Notes: generated by a model not told the origin, from the sequence alone. DNA of 64,000 bases from Promethearchaeia archaeon (GCA_029856125.1 JAHQWJ010000120.1:256758-320757), one strand, 5' to 3'; positions 32,887 to 43,053 are shown, counted from the first letter of the stretch. Numbers and translations: made by a program.

Positions 32887-34065
32887 TCAATCTAAAATCA
32901 ATTCTTCTCCCGAAATTTGCCCCTTAATATTATTTTCTTCTATAAGTTCATCCAAAATATCGTTAAAATGTTCTGGGAGGTTTGAAACGATCGGAATTGG
33001 GACACTATTTTTAATATCACTAACTTTGATATTGGTTTTACCTTGATTCGTATATAAAAATTTAAATATTAAACTCTTACATTTTTCCTTATTAATTTCA
33101 GCGTCCTGTTTCCTTCGTAACTGCATAATATCTGTTTCTTTTAGACCTCCAATTTTCCCCTCGTGAGTTAATTTTCCATCTCTCATGTGATACACTTTCG
33201 TAGCGAATTCTGATACCGCAGCATCGTGAGATACAGATATAAATGTTGCTCCTTTTTTGTTTAAATCTCTAATAAGGTTCAAAATCATAATTCCGGTCTT
33301 GGAGTCTAAGTCACCAGTTGGTTCGTCGAGAATTACTATGGCTGGATCGTTAGCAAATGCTCTTGCAATTGCAACTCTTTGTTGTTCCCCACCGCTTAAT
33401 TCTGATGGTGTATGGTGAGAACGCTCATCCAACCCTACCAGACTCAGTAAATCCATTGCTTTTTTTCTCTTACCTCTTTTACTTAACTTTCCAGAAAAAT
33501 GTAAAGGGACCATTACATTTTCTAAAGCTGTCATTTGCGGTAGTAAGTTATAAAATTGAAATACAAAGCCAATTCTTTCTCTTCTTATTTCTGCTAAGTT
33601 GTTGTCATTAAGCATGGAAATATTACGCCCTTCTAAGAAAATTTTTCCTCTCGTAGGAGTATCCAATCCACCTACTAGGTTTAAAAGTGTTGTTTTGCCA
33701 CTTCCTGAAGGACCCATTATATCTATAAAATTACCTTTATCAATCGCTAAATCAACGCCGCGCAGAGCCGCTACCGCCGTGGTTCCAAGTAAATATGTTT
33801 TGTGTAGGTTCTCAACAACAATTAAATGCTCATAATCTTTTCCAACTTCTTTTTCTTGTTTTATTTCGAATTTGATTTTCTTTCTTTCTTCACGAGAGAG
33901 GGTAAGTGATTCCAATTTCTGCTGTTTTAATGTATTTTTTTGTTTTTTAATTTGCCATTTTCGAAATTCTTTGCTTTCTTTTCCCTTCCATATCGCAAGT
34001 TTTCCAGTTTCGTTTTCGTATTCATCCATTTCCTCAGTTTTTTTAATAATTCTTCTTTCAGACAT
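32887..34065 (-). CDS. ABC transporter ATP-binding protein (LolD/MacB family) with N- and C-terminal extensions
   Basis: Walker A GPSGSGKT, signature LSGGEQQRV, Walker B ILDEPTG, H-loop VSHD. Confidence 0.95.
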   Translation of the reverse strand: MSERRIIKKTEEMDEYENETGKLAIWKGKESKEFRKWQIKKQKNTLKQQKLESLTLSREERKKIKFEIKQEKEVGKDYEHLIVVENLHKTYLLGTTAVAALRGVDLAIDKGNFIDIMGPSGSGKTTLLNLVGGLDTPTRGKIFLEGRNISMLNDNNLAEIRRERIGFVFQFYNLLPQMTALENVMVPLHFSGKLSKRGKRKKAMDLLSLVGLDERSHHTPSELSGGEQQRVAIARAFANDPAIVILDEPTGDLDSKTGIMILNLIRDLNKKGATFISVSHDAAVSEFATKVYHMRDGKLTHEGKIGGLKETDIMQLRRKQDAEINKEKCKSLIFKFLYTNQGKTNIKVSDIKNSVPIPIVSNLPEHFNDILDELIEENNIKGQISGEELILD

Positions 34066-34240
34066 TAAGTTTAACCCTTTTTTGAGTATAGAAATATAAA
34101 TTGTAGAACAAATACTAAGATAATCATTACTGCAATAGGTTTAGAAGTATTAGGAATGTTTTAAACATTAAGATTCTAATATATTCGAACATCCAATAAA
34201 AATTTTTTTAGATATAAAACGATTGAAATAGGAGTGAAAT

Positions 34241-34963
34241 TCATTTTCTTTCTAGGTATTTTAAAATTTTCAGACTAATATCTTTCTCAGCATCTTTATG
34301 CGTTTTAAATATATCTGATTTTAAGTTTTTAGGTACTTTAATTAGCTCTTTCTGATTATTATCCACAATTTCTGGGTTTTTCGCAATCCAACGAGCATCA
34401 TCATCTGGACCTAGCTTTTCATAATCAAACTTGATCGTAGGTGTTACCTTGAATTTATCCTGTAAATATTCTAAAAGCTGGTTTTTGTATAAGTGCGGTG
34501 ATTCCTTTATTAACGACTCCCAATCAGTTACAAATCTGTCAATAATTATTTTTTCAACTACTTGTAAATTATTTCCTGAATCGATAAAAATCGCTCCGCA
34601 AATCGCTTCGAATACATCCGCAAGTATAGAACTGTCTTTTACTCTTTGCTTTTTTGAAGAAAAAATGTATTTCCACAATTCCATTCCTAACGCTATTTTT
34701 TGAAAAGTTCTATTATCCTCTAAGCGTAGTTTGGTTTTAGTTAAATTGCCAGGATCGACTTCACCTTTAATATAGAGTTTAAAACTAAAGATTAATTTGA
34801 TCACGGCATCTCCAAGCGTTTCGAGGATTTGATAGGAAGGAAGCTTTTTTTCGTTAGCAAATTGGGATGTGGTTAAGGCTTGAAGTAGCATTTCTGGTTT
34901 ATTAAAACGATAATTTATAAAATCTTGAAACTGATCTAGTATGTCTTCTGTAATCTTATCCAT
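34241..34963 (-). CDS. rnc: Ribonuclease III family protein
   Basis: LETLGDAVI signature, ADVFEAICGAIFIDSG, then a dsRBD-like region (YKNQLLEYLQ...K.AEK). Confidence 0.85.
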   Translation of the reverse strand: MDKITEDILDQFQDFINYRFNKPEMLLQALTTSQFANEKKLPSYQILETLGDAVIKLIFSFKLYIKGEVDPGNLTKTKLRLEDNRTFQKIALGMELWKYIFSSKKQRVKDSSILADVFEAICGAIFIDSGNNLQVVEKIIIDRFVTDWESLIKESPHLYKNQLLEYLQDKFKVTPTIKFDYEKLGPDDDARWIAKNPEIVDNNQKELIKVPKNLKSDIFKTHKDAEKDISLKILKYLERK

Positions 34964-35016
34964 GCTGTATAAAATGAAAGGATAAATTTAAAAATTTAAA
35001 TAAAGTTAGTTAGTAT

Positions 35017-35439
35017 ATGGAGTTAAAAAAAACTCTCTCACTTATTGAAGACATCGAGCAGAAAAATGTTAAAATTGATGAAATTCTTTCAAGTTTGCCA
35101 ATATCTTCTCGTAATGAACTTCTTGAGGAAATAACGCGAGATATTATTGAACAAAATAGTATCATTAAAGAACATGGCTTTGCTAAGGAAAATACCTGTG
35201 ATCCAGAATCACCAACTCAAGAAATCTCATCAATAAATTTATTAATTGATAATCTCGTTTCAAATATTCAAAAAAATCCTTCTAAGAAAGTGCTCTATTT
35301 ACGTTTATTCCTTGAAAGATTTCGAGATATTTCTGATCAAGATAAAAACGTTGTAATCCTGTCCATAAAGGACGAAGATTCTAAAGGATTAAAAGAAAAA
35401 ATATTATCGATTTTGAAAGTATTCAAATTGGAAGGATGA
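35017..35439 (+). CDS. Hypothetical helical protein
   Basis: 140-aa ORF with plausible composition; no motif recognised. Confidence 0.65.
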   Translation: MELKKTLSLIEDIEQKNVKIDEILSSLPISSRNELLEEITRDIIEQNSIIKEHGFAKENTCDPESPTQEISSINLLIDNLVSNIQKNPSKKVLYLRLFLERFRDISDQDKNVVILSIKDEDSKGLKEKILSILKVFKLEG

Positions 35440-35505
35440 ATAGAAAAAATAGATTTTATATGTTATCGAATTTGATTAATTAATCCCATTTGAACTAATC
35501 TTATC

Positions 35506-35919
35506 CTATTCAGATTCAGTTTCATATTCAAACAGTTTCATTAAAATTAGAACACTTTTTATACCTTTCATTTTGATCCTAAAAGTGATGACTTTCCAAA
35601 CAATTGATCCCAATGAAATATCACCCCCTCCCAAGATGTCTGCAAAAACGTTGGTTTTTGTTTCCATAAAACCATCCCAGCCGAGAGCTTTTTTCGATAT
35701 GTTCGATTTTGGGTTGTTTTCAATGCCCTCAACATAGATTCTACCCTTTTCTATCACTAAAAGGGCAGCTTGTTTTCCATCTTTAGGGTTTAAAAGTATT
35801 TTGATTAAAGAATCCTTATAATCTTCTTTAAATTGCTCAATTGTGTTCAGGACTTCTATTTCTTTAGCCACAACCTTAGCTATTCCTTTTAACCGCTTCT
35901 TTTTTTCTTCTTCATTCAT
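35506..35919 (-). CDS. Hypothetical protein, possibly SCP2 lipid-binding fold
   Basis: AALLVIEKGRIYV...DGFMET...FADILGG...RIKMKG pattern resembles SCP2. Confidence 0.55.
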   Translation of the reverse strand: MNEEEKKKRLKGIAKVVAKEIEVLNTIEQFKEDYKDSLIKILLNPKDGKQAALLVIEKGRIYVEGIENNPKSNISKKALGWDGFMETKTNVFADILGGGDISLGSIVWKVITFRIKMKGIKSVLILMKLFEYETESE

Positions 35920-36080
35920 TGTTAATCATTTTTTTACATTAATGTAAAATAGTTTTGCCTTAATTTCCTATTTAATTAAATCTAATAATAATGAGATATC
36001 TTTAAAATTGTCTTTTTTAACGTTTATAATAAAGAAGAAGAATAATTCTAAATCGGGAGTTATGCTATAGCTCCGTGAGG

Positions 36081-36332
36081 TTAATAACTCTCAGCACCAC
36101 CAGCATCAAAGAATTCTTCAAAAGCTTTTCTATCCTGAGCAGAAATTTTGGCACTACTCATTGTTTCTTTCACAACTATAGGAGCTGACTCCTTCTCGTC
36201 GTGTATGATCTTTTTAACTATTTTAAAATCATCTGCATCTGCTTCTAAATCGAATTCTTTATCGCAAGCTTTGCAATATAATTTTTGGTTTTTTGGAAAG
36301 ATGATATTGTCACAGTCTGGGCAGAACTTCAT
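36081..36332 (-). CDS. TFS/RpoM-like protein with only the N-terminal zinc ribbon
   Basis: MKFCPDCDNIIFPKNQKLYCKAC; ATG at 36332 is the likely start (track extends to 36416); no C-terminal cleavage zinc ribbon. Confidence 0.7.
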   Translation of the reverse strand: MKFCPDCDNIIFPKNQKLYCKACDKEFDLEADADDFKIVKKIIHDEKESAPIVVKETMSSAKISAQDRKAFEEFFDAGGAESY

Positions 36333-36623
36333 GGTTTCGATTATCACCAATTTTTCATTTTTTACTTTTTTAAGTTTATTATTCCTTAAGTGTCTTGTAT
36401 AATCTTCTGTCGTCAATTAATATGTAAAATAGTTAACATTTATAAATTTATTGGCGTCCAATGAGAGAAGTTGAGTTCAGATATTTAAACTTTTCTTTTA
36501 CGTTTTTAATGTATAACAAATGAAAAGGTAATGAGAGTTTAGTTTATGCCTATAGATGGTATTAGGTTAAAGGGCGTGCTAAGTTAGGAAGTCATCTTTT
36601 TATGATAATGTTTTTTCGTAATT

Positions 36624-37340
36624 TTATCTTAATTTTTGTAAATCTATTGGGTTCCCTTCTAAACAAAGTGTACTTATTTTTTTTAAGTTGTCTAAATCCT
36701 TTATTTGAATTATTTTATTGTGCGTACAACCAAAAAAATATAATTTTGAAAGATTTGCTAACCCCTCAATTTCGCATATATCATTATAACTCAAATCTAA
36801 ATCTTCTAAATTACCTAAGTGTTGGAGATTAGTTATAGCAGAAATTTTGTTTTTTATTAGATTTAAACTCCTTAAATTTATAAGGGAATCAAGCCCATTA
36901 ATCTCAGAAATCAGATTATCACATAAACACAAATATTTTAATTTTTTTAATTTGTCTAAATTTTTAATTCTAGAAATTTTATTTTTTTTTAACCAAAGTT
37001 CTTCGAGGTTTTGAAGCGCACTTAAGCCTTTGAGTTCAGATATTAGGTTCTTTTTCAGCCATAATACCCTTAAGTTTTCTAGATTATCAAGGCCCTTTAT
37101 TTCAGTAATCTGATTATTATTTAAACACAAAATCTCTAATTTTTTAAGTTTATCTAAGCCATTAATTTGAGATATCTGGTTGTTAGATAAATCTAAAATG
37201 TGCAAGTTGGATAATTTCTCGAGGCCTTGTATCTTTTCAATATCCTTTATGCCTTTATTGGATAAGTTTAAGGCGTGATTTTCTATATTAAATTTTTGTC
37301 CATCATATTGGACAAAATTTTGACTTTGTTGAAAATGCAT
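36624..37340 (-). CDS. Leucine-rich repeat protein (SDS22/internalin-like)
   Basis: Regular 22-aa repeats LxxLxLxxNxIxxIxGLxxL. Confidence 0.9.
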   Translation of the reverse strand: MHFQQSQNFVQYDGQKFNIENHALNLSNKGIKDIEKIQGLEKLSNLHILDLSNNQISQINGLDKLKKLEILCLNNNQITEIKGLDNLENLRVLWLKKNLISELKGLSALQNLEELWLKKNKISRIKNLDKLKKLKYLCLCDNLISEINGLDSLINLRSLNLIKNKISAITNLQHLGNLEDLDLSYNDICEIEGLANLSKLYFFGCTHNKIIQIKDLDNLKKISTLCLEGNPIDLQKLR

Positions 37341-37455
37341 GGATTGATTTTAGTTAATCTTCTATTTAAACTTATCGTATGTGTTCTCTTTACTTAAGAA
37401 ACATAAATGCTAAATTTTAAAGTAATAATTAATTATTTTAAGAGAGAATATCGAT

Positions 37456-38187
37456 ATGAATGCGATTAACAAGATTATCATCATGGGTCATCGAGGCGCT
37501 AGTAAAATAGCCCCCGAGAATACATTAAAAGCATTTAAAGAAGCAATTCGCTTAAAAGCAGACGCAGTCGAATTTGATGTCCAAGAAACAGTCGATGGTG
37601 AAATTGTTATCATCCATGATTACGATACCCTTAGAACCGCTGGAACTGAAGGTACTGTAGAACAAATGACCCTTAAAAAATTAAAAAAATTGAATTTTGG
37701 AAATGGTGAACAAATTCCAACACTTTTGGAATTAATTGAGTTAGCAAAAGATAAAATATCTCTTAATTGCGAAATTAAAGTAGAAGGTATCGCTAAAAAA
37801 ATAATTCACATTTTCCAAGATGCTGACATTCTTGATTCTACGATAGTTAGTTCATTTTTACATGAAGAATTGATTAAGATACAAAAAATTGAACCACAAT
37901 TAAAATTAGCAACCCTTGTCCCTACTGAAGCAGGAAAATTCTCAGATTGGAATTATAAGAAGAAATTAATTGATTTTACATCTGAGAATAATTACTATGC
38001 AATTAATCCGTTATATAAACTAGCTGATAAACAATTTATCGAATATGCCCATGAAAAAAACATAAAAGTTTTTCCGTGGACTGTTGATTCTGGAATTGCT
38101 ATGAAGAAATTAATAAATATGGGCACAGATGGGATTATAACCAATGACATTACTCGTCTTAAAGAAGTTTTGAACCGTAATGACTAA
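37456..38187 (+). CDS. Glycerophosphodiester phosphodiesterase
   Basis: GHRGAS..APENT..AF, EFDV, IHD, CEIK, WTVD, DGIITN. Confidence 0.95.
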   Translation: MNAINKIIIMGHRGASKIAPENTLKAFKEAIRLKADAVEFDVQETVDGEIVIIHDYDTLRTAGTEGTVEQMTLKKLKKLNFGNGEQIPTLLELIELAKDKISLNCEIKVEGIAKKIIHIFQDADILDSTIVSSFLHEELIKIQKIEPQLKLATLVPTEAGKFSDWNYKKKLIDFTSENNYYAINPLYKLADKQFIEYAHEKNIKVFPWTVDSGIAMKKLINMGTDGIITNDITRLKEVLNRND

Positions 38188-38225
38188 TCCAATTAATAAA
38201 ACTTAATTACAAATTAATAGGGGAT

Positions 38226-38960
38226 ATTATTTTTAATAAAAAAAAAGATGATTTTTTAGTAATAGGCCATAGAGGAGCTAGTTCAGAAGCGCCTGAAAAC
38301 ACTTTAAAAGCTTTTGAGAGAGCAATTGAGTTGAATGCCGATTATATTGAATTTGATCTTCAAAAGACTCTCAATAATGAGATTATTATAAGCCATGATG
38401 CCAATCTTTTAAGGACTGCTGATAAACCAAAATCTTTACGAGATATGTCAATTGAAGAAATTAAAAAAATAGATATTGGGGAAGGAGAACGAATACCTAC
38501 ATTACATGAATTAATGGTAACCACTAAAGGAAAAATAAAACTCCAACCCGAAATTATAGCTCCAGGAATTGTCGATGATTTAATTAACATTTTAAGAGAA
38601 GAAGACCTAATTAACACTTCAATCATTAGCAGTTTTGATATTGCGGAGCTATTAAAAGTAAAGAAAATTGAGCCACGATTAAAAATAGGCTCTTTAATTC
38701 CTAAAGCTTTAACAAAAATTCGAATGGTAAAACGATATGTTCAAAGAGCAATAGATAATGAATTATATGCTATCCATCCATATTATCCAATAGTTGATAA
38801 AGAGTTTGTAGATTTCGCTCATAAGAATGGTCTTAAAGTTAATGTATTTACAGTAAATGATGAAGATATGATGAAAAAACTAATTAAGTTAGGTGTTGAC
38901 GGAATTTTTACTGACGATATTGCTTTATTAAATAGAACTTTAGAAAGAACTAATCAATAA
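38226..38960 (+). CDS. Glycerophosphodiester phosphodiesterase (second paralogue; start uncertain)
   Basis: GHRGASSEAPENTLKAF begins at 38265, in frame and upstream of the track start (38331). No in-frame ATG/GTG/TTG lies between the TGA at 38181 and this motif. Confidence 0.85.
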   Translation: MIFNKKKDDFLVIGHRGASSEAPENTLKAFERAIELNADYIEFDLQKTLNNEIIISHDANLLRTADKPKSLRDMSIEEIKKIDIGEGERIPTLHELMVTTKGKIKLQPEIIAPGIVDDLINILREEDLINTSIISSFDIAELLKVKKIEPRLKIGSLIPKALTKIRMVKRYVQRAIDNELYAIHPYYPIVDKEFVDFAHKNGLKVNVFTVNDEDMMKKLIKLGVDGIFTDDIALLNRTLERTNQ

Positions 38961-39023
38961 AATATTTTAGTCAAATTCTATTATATTTCTTATTAATTTA
39001 AACGAAATTTTCTTAGTTTAACA

Positions 39024-40511
39024 ATGTCTTCAGTACAAAAATCACCGATAGATTTTAATAGATTATTCTTTCCAAGAGCTATTGGTATTATAGGAGCAAG
39101 CCATGATCCTGCAGGTGGTGGTTTTTTTGTTCGAGCAATGAGGGGCAAATTTAAAGGAAAAACCTACTTATTTAATCCAAGGTTAGCTGGAAAAACATTA
39201 CATGGCCAGAAGGTTTACGCATCTATATTAGAAATTTCTGAACCAATAGATTATGTTATTATTGCGGTTCCCTCACGCATAGTTCCAAAGGTCTTAGATG
39301 AGGTAGGTCAAAAGTCTATTCCTTTTTGCACAATTTTCTCTTCAGGATTCCGTGAAGTTGGTAACGAGGATCTAGAAAAATTAACTCTTGAAACAGCTCG
39401 CAAACATAAAATTCGAATCATTGGTCCAAATTGTATTGGTGTGTACAACCCTAAAGGGGGATTATTTTTTGCTTACGAGCAATCCCGCAAGCATGGTAAT
39501 TTCGGAGGAATTTTTCAATCGGGAGGAATCGCTCAAAATGTTTCCCAACTCATAGTATCTTACGGTTTGTATGCATCAAAATTTATCTCTATAGGGAACT
39601 CCCTCGATCTATCTCCAGTTGAATTTTTAGAATATTTCTTAAATGACGAGTATACAAAAATTATTGGTTTATATATTGAGAATCTGCGGAGTATTGAACA
39701 GGGAAGAAAATTTATGGATATTGTTAAAGAATGTAATTTAAACCGTAAACCTGTCATTCTTTGGCGGGCGGGATACGGAAAAGCAACTAAAAAAGCTATA
39801 CTCTCTCACACAGGAGGTTTAGCGGGTAACAACGAAATTTGGAAGGCTGTAGGAAAACAAACTGGGAGTTGCATAACAAGTAACTCAAATGAACTTGCTG
39901 CGTTGGCATCTGCTTTTAATTTAACTCGTTTACCTAATTCGCGAAATGTTGGCGTGATTGGGATTGGCGGAGGTTCCACAATAGAAGCGATAGATATTTT
40001 AGAAAAGTATAACCTAACAATTCCCCAATTATCAGAGAGAATCATCGGTAAAATGAAAAGATTCGTCCCAGATGTAAATACTAACTTATCAAACCCCATA
40101 GATTTAGGTGGGATGGGAATTCAACCCAATATCTACTATCGTACGATATTAGCGCTTGATAAAGATCCTAACATTTCATCTATTATTTTCATTAAGGATC
40201 CCGAGAGATTTGGAGGTTTTTCTGACTTAATGGAAGAACTAGGGTATGGTGCATTAGATCTAAATAAAGAGTTTATCCGATACATATCAAAAGCGAAGAG
40301 TGTATGTACAAAACCTATGTACTGCGTCATGCTGAAAATCAACGAGGGATTTGAAGAGTATAAAAGTAGATACAAGTTCAAGCTGAAATTGCTTAATCGA
40401 AATGTTCCAGTTTTTGAATCTTTAGATCTCGCAGGAACTGTTTTGGATAAACTAAACTCGTATCGTGAGTTCTTACAAAAACACGAAAAATATCCAAAAA
40501 GTAAAGATTAA
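39024..40511 (+). CDS. CoA-binding protein, acyl-CoA synthetase (ADP-forming) alpha-subunit family
   Basis: IIGAS, FSSGFRE, IIGPNCIG, QSGG, SHTGGLAG phospho-His motif, NPIDL. Confidence 0.9.
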   Translation: MSSVQKSPIDFNRLFFPRAIGIIGASHDPAGGGFFVRAMRGKFKGKTYLFNPRLAGKTLHGQKVYASILEISEPIDYVIIAVPSRIVPKVLDEVGQKSIPFCTIFSSGFREVGNEDLEKLTLETARKHKIRIIGPNCIGVYNPKGGLFFAYEQSRKHGNFGGIFQSGGIAQNVSQLIVSYGLYASKFISIGNSLDLSPVEFLEYFLNDEYTKIIGLYIENLRSIEQGRKFMDIVKECNLNRKPVILWRAGYGKATKKAILSHTGGLAGNNEIWKAVGKQTGSCITSNSNELAALASAFNLTRLPNSRNVGVIGIGGGSTIEAIDILEKYNLTIPQLSERIIGKMKRFVPDVNTNLSNPIDLGGMGIQPNIYYRTILALDKDPNISSIIFIKDPERFGGFSDLMEELGYGALDLNKEFIRYISKAKSVCTKPMYCVMLKINEGFEEYKSRYKFKLKLLNRNVPVFESLDLAGTVLDKLNSYREFLQKHEKYPKSKD

Positions 40512-40547
40512 GAATTCGATCCAAAAAATAGGAATGTTTTTTATATT

Positions 40548-41351
40548 TCATTCGCTAATATGGCTCGTTTCTATAGGACGCCCGGGGCTCCCTTGATAAT
40601 AAAATTTATCTGGCTTTCCTCTCCAGTTTTTATGTAAGACCGTGTTTGGGAAAATCACATTGTTATCCGTGGTTATTGCATTTGGGCCCATTATAATTCC
40701 GGGATACAAAGTCGTATTTTTTCCCATTATTATTTTCATCATGCTAATTTTTCCAAATATTGTATTTACAGCATGGCTTGATAGGGCAGATGTAGGGTAG
40801 ATGAACACATTATCGCCTAATTCAGTAAATTCTAATCCTACATACGCATCGCAGTAAATAACATTTTTCCCGAGATTATTGTGGCTTATCCTCCGCAACA
40901 CTCTATTAACGAGCCATGGGAACGGAGATTTCGAAGTTAACCACATCGGAAATTTAATGATAAATCCTCGTTTATGATAGTATTTCATCATTTTACCATC
41001 CTTACTATCCTTATCTTCTAAAACTCTTTTAAACACGCCTTCAGCAGGAGGAGATTTTTTATTCCATCTCCGTACCCATAACGCTGTAAACTCAATTAAG
41101 AGAATAAGGTAAAGGAAATAAAGAAAAAAAAGAAATCCCGGGAGTATCAAAAAATGGATTTCTAGAGGGATTGAGAGCGGAATTATAAAACCATACTCAA
41201 ATAATAAGAAAAATCCTAAACAAATATATAAAGGAACTAAGAAACTTATGAAATTTATTTTAAAAAAGTCTAAAACGGGAAGTTCTACAACTTTATCCTT
41301 TTTCTGTTCAAATTCAGAATTTGTTTTTCCTACTCCTTTCTCTTTGCTCAT
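40548..41351 (-). CDS. Membrane protein with C-terminal hexapeptide (left-handed beta-helix) acyltransferase-like domain
   Basis: Two N-terminal TM helices; LGKNV, LGDNVFI, MGKNTTL repeats; ends YQGSPGRPI. Confidence 0.65.
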   Translation of the reverse strand: MSKEKGVGKTNSEFEQKKDKVVELPVLDFFKINFISFLVPLYICLGFFLLFEYGFIIPLSIPLEIHFLILPGFLFFLYFLYLILLIEFTALWVRRWNKKSPPAEGVFKRVLEDKDSKDGKMMKYYHKRGFIIKFPMWLTSKSPFPWLVNRVLRRISHNNLGKNVIYCDAYVGLEFTELGDNVFIYPTSALSSHAVNTIFGKISMMKIIMGKNTTLYPGIIMGPNAITTDNNVIFPNTVLHKNWRGKPDKFYYQGSPGRPIETSHISE

Positions 41352-41459
41352 AATATTATTATTACTAAAATCTTATAAAAAATTATTTACATTGAATAAG
41401 ACAGAAAGGGATTTGCTCAACAAATAAAAAAAAATACAAAATAAAATAAATAAAAAAAA

Positions 41460-42749
41460 TTAGATTTTTTGCGTTTCTACTTCTATTACCTCTTGTGTAG
41501 GCAATACTTCTATTTCTGGTTCTTGTGGACGATCGAGATATCTTATTTTAGTGAAAAACCATAAAATAATCGGATTTACGATTCCTATTAAAGCACTAGC
41601 AAGTAAGAGATTCACGACACCCATTAAACCCGCAAGAGGTCCTACTAATAACGCACCAATAGGAGCAATTGCCATAGATACTGTGTGATCAATAGACATA
41701 ACGCGCCCTATTTTGTCGGATGGGACAACAGTTTGCAAAATAGTTAAGTATGTCGCAACAGTTATTGGAAAGATAATCGCTCCAAGAAACCCACCTATCA
41801 TCATCATGTAGAAATTTTGATACGGTGCTAAAATGATAAGTACGTAAAACGTGAAAAAGACCATCTCTCCAATTAAATTGACCTTAATCTTGTTCTTCCA
41901 CTCCTTCTTTATTGAAGTAATTAAGGAGCCAATCACATTCCCTACTTGGATTGAACCAAAAAGGAAAGCTAAATGAAACACAGATCCATCGTGTATGATA
42001 TTTATGAAGTAGGGCCACAGCACTCCGAAGGGCCTAAATATAAAGTTAAAAATCATCGCAAAAATGATCATACTTAAAAGACCCGGAATCGCCTTTACAA
42101 TTTTAAATCCATCCTTAAATTCCCTCATGAAAGATGTTTTCTCAGCAACTCTGGTTTCCTTAGCATTGAAAGGAATTTTTATCAAGAACAATGGTACTAC
42201 GGCTATTAGGAATGTTGCGCCGTCAATGAGAAAGATATAGGTAATTGGGAATAACCCTAATAGTAAAGCGGATAAAATCGGGCCGACCATGAAAATTAAG
42301 CCAGAAAACAAGAAGTTTCCTCCGTTAACTCTGCTTATTTTATCTTTGGGAACCATAGAAGGAAGTATCGCGTGGAATGTAGGGACTTGAAACGCAAAGA
42401 GAATGTTTCGCATTGTATGTATAATCAATATCATCCAAATGGGTGTGAATCCAGTAAAAAAAATTAGGAACAAACCAAATGTCAATACTGCTTGGAACAA
42501 ATCTACGGTAAATATTATTGTCTTGCGATTTAGCCTATCAGAAAGTACTCCCGCAAACGGAGTAACGATAACTTGAGGGAGAAAAATCAAGAATGTCGCT
42601 AATGAGAGATAAAAAACGCTCTGTGTCTCAATTGTAATCCACCAAGTAATAACAAAACCGATAATTCCTGAACCTAATAGCGAAAATTGCTGTCCGGCCA
42701 TAAAATAAAGGTAATGCCTAAACGATTTTTTTGTTGGTAATTCTTCCAT
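41460..42749 (-). CDS. MFS transporter (DHA3/MefA-like)
   Basis: GQQFSLLGS, AGVLSDRLNRK, ~12 TM helices. Confidence 0.9.
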   Translation of the reverse strand: MEELPTKKSFRHYLYFMAGQQFSLLGSGIIGFVITWWITIETQSVFYLSLATFLIFLPQVIVTPFAGVLSDRLNRKTIIFTVDLFQAVLTFGLFLIFFTGFTPIWMILIIHTMRNILFAFQVPTFHAILPSMVPKDKISRVNGGNFLFSGLIFMVGPILSALLLGLFPITYIFLIDGATFLIAVVPLFLIKIPFNAKETRVAEKTSFMREFKDGFKIVKAIPGLLSMIIFAMIFNFIFRPFGVLWPYFINIIHDGSVFHLAFLFGSIQVGNVIGSLITSIKKEWKNKIKVNLIGEMVFFTFYVLIILAPYQNFYMMMIGGFLGAIIFPITVATYLTILQTVVPSDKIGRVMSIDHTVSMAIAPIGALLVGPLAGLMGVVNLLLASALIGIVNPIILWFFTKIRYLDRPQEPEIEVLPTQEVIEVETQKI

Positions 42750-43053
42750 TTTTTTATTAAACCTTCAATTCTATATTCTTACAACTTAAAACCTTTTTCT
42801 TTAATACTTGATACGAAAGGTTCAATTAATAGTTTCGAATCGTGAAGTTTACGCATAGTTCGAACTACCGTAGAAAATGATTAGTATCATCATCATCAAA
42901 ATCAATCGGGAATAGTGAAAACTGTTTCAGTTTAAAATTGGGTAATCTACACAAAAGAAATAAGAAACAGAATGAACTAGTATTTCTCATAATGGAGCCA
43001 GAAGATATGAAGATATCCGAGGAATTTATTGAGAATAAAATTTACCTCTATTC

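Noticed and set aside
36333-36416. Track N-terminal extension of the TFS-like ORF
   Set aside because: Family members start at MxFCPxC, so ATG 36332 is preferred.
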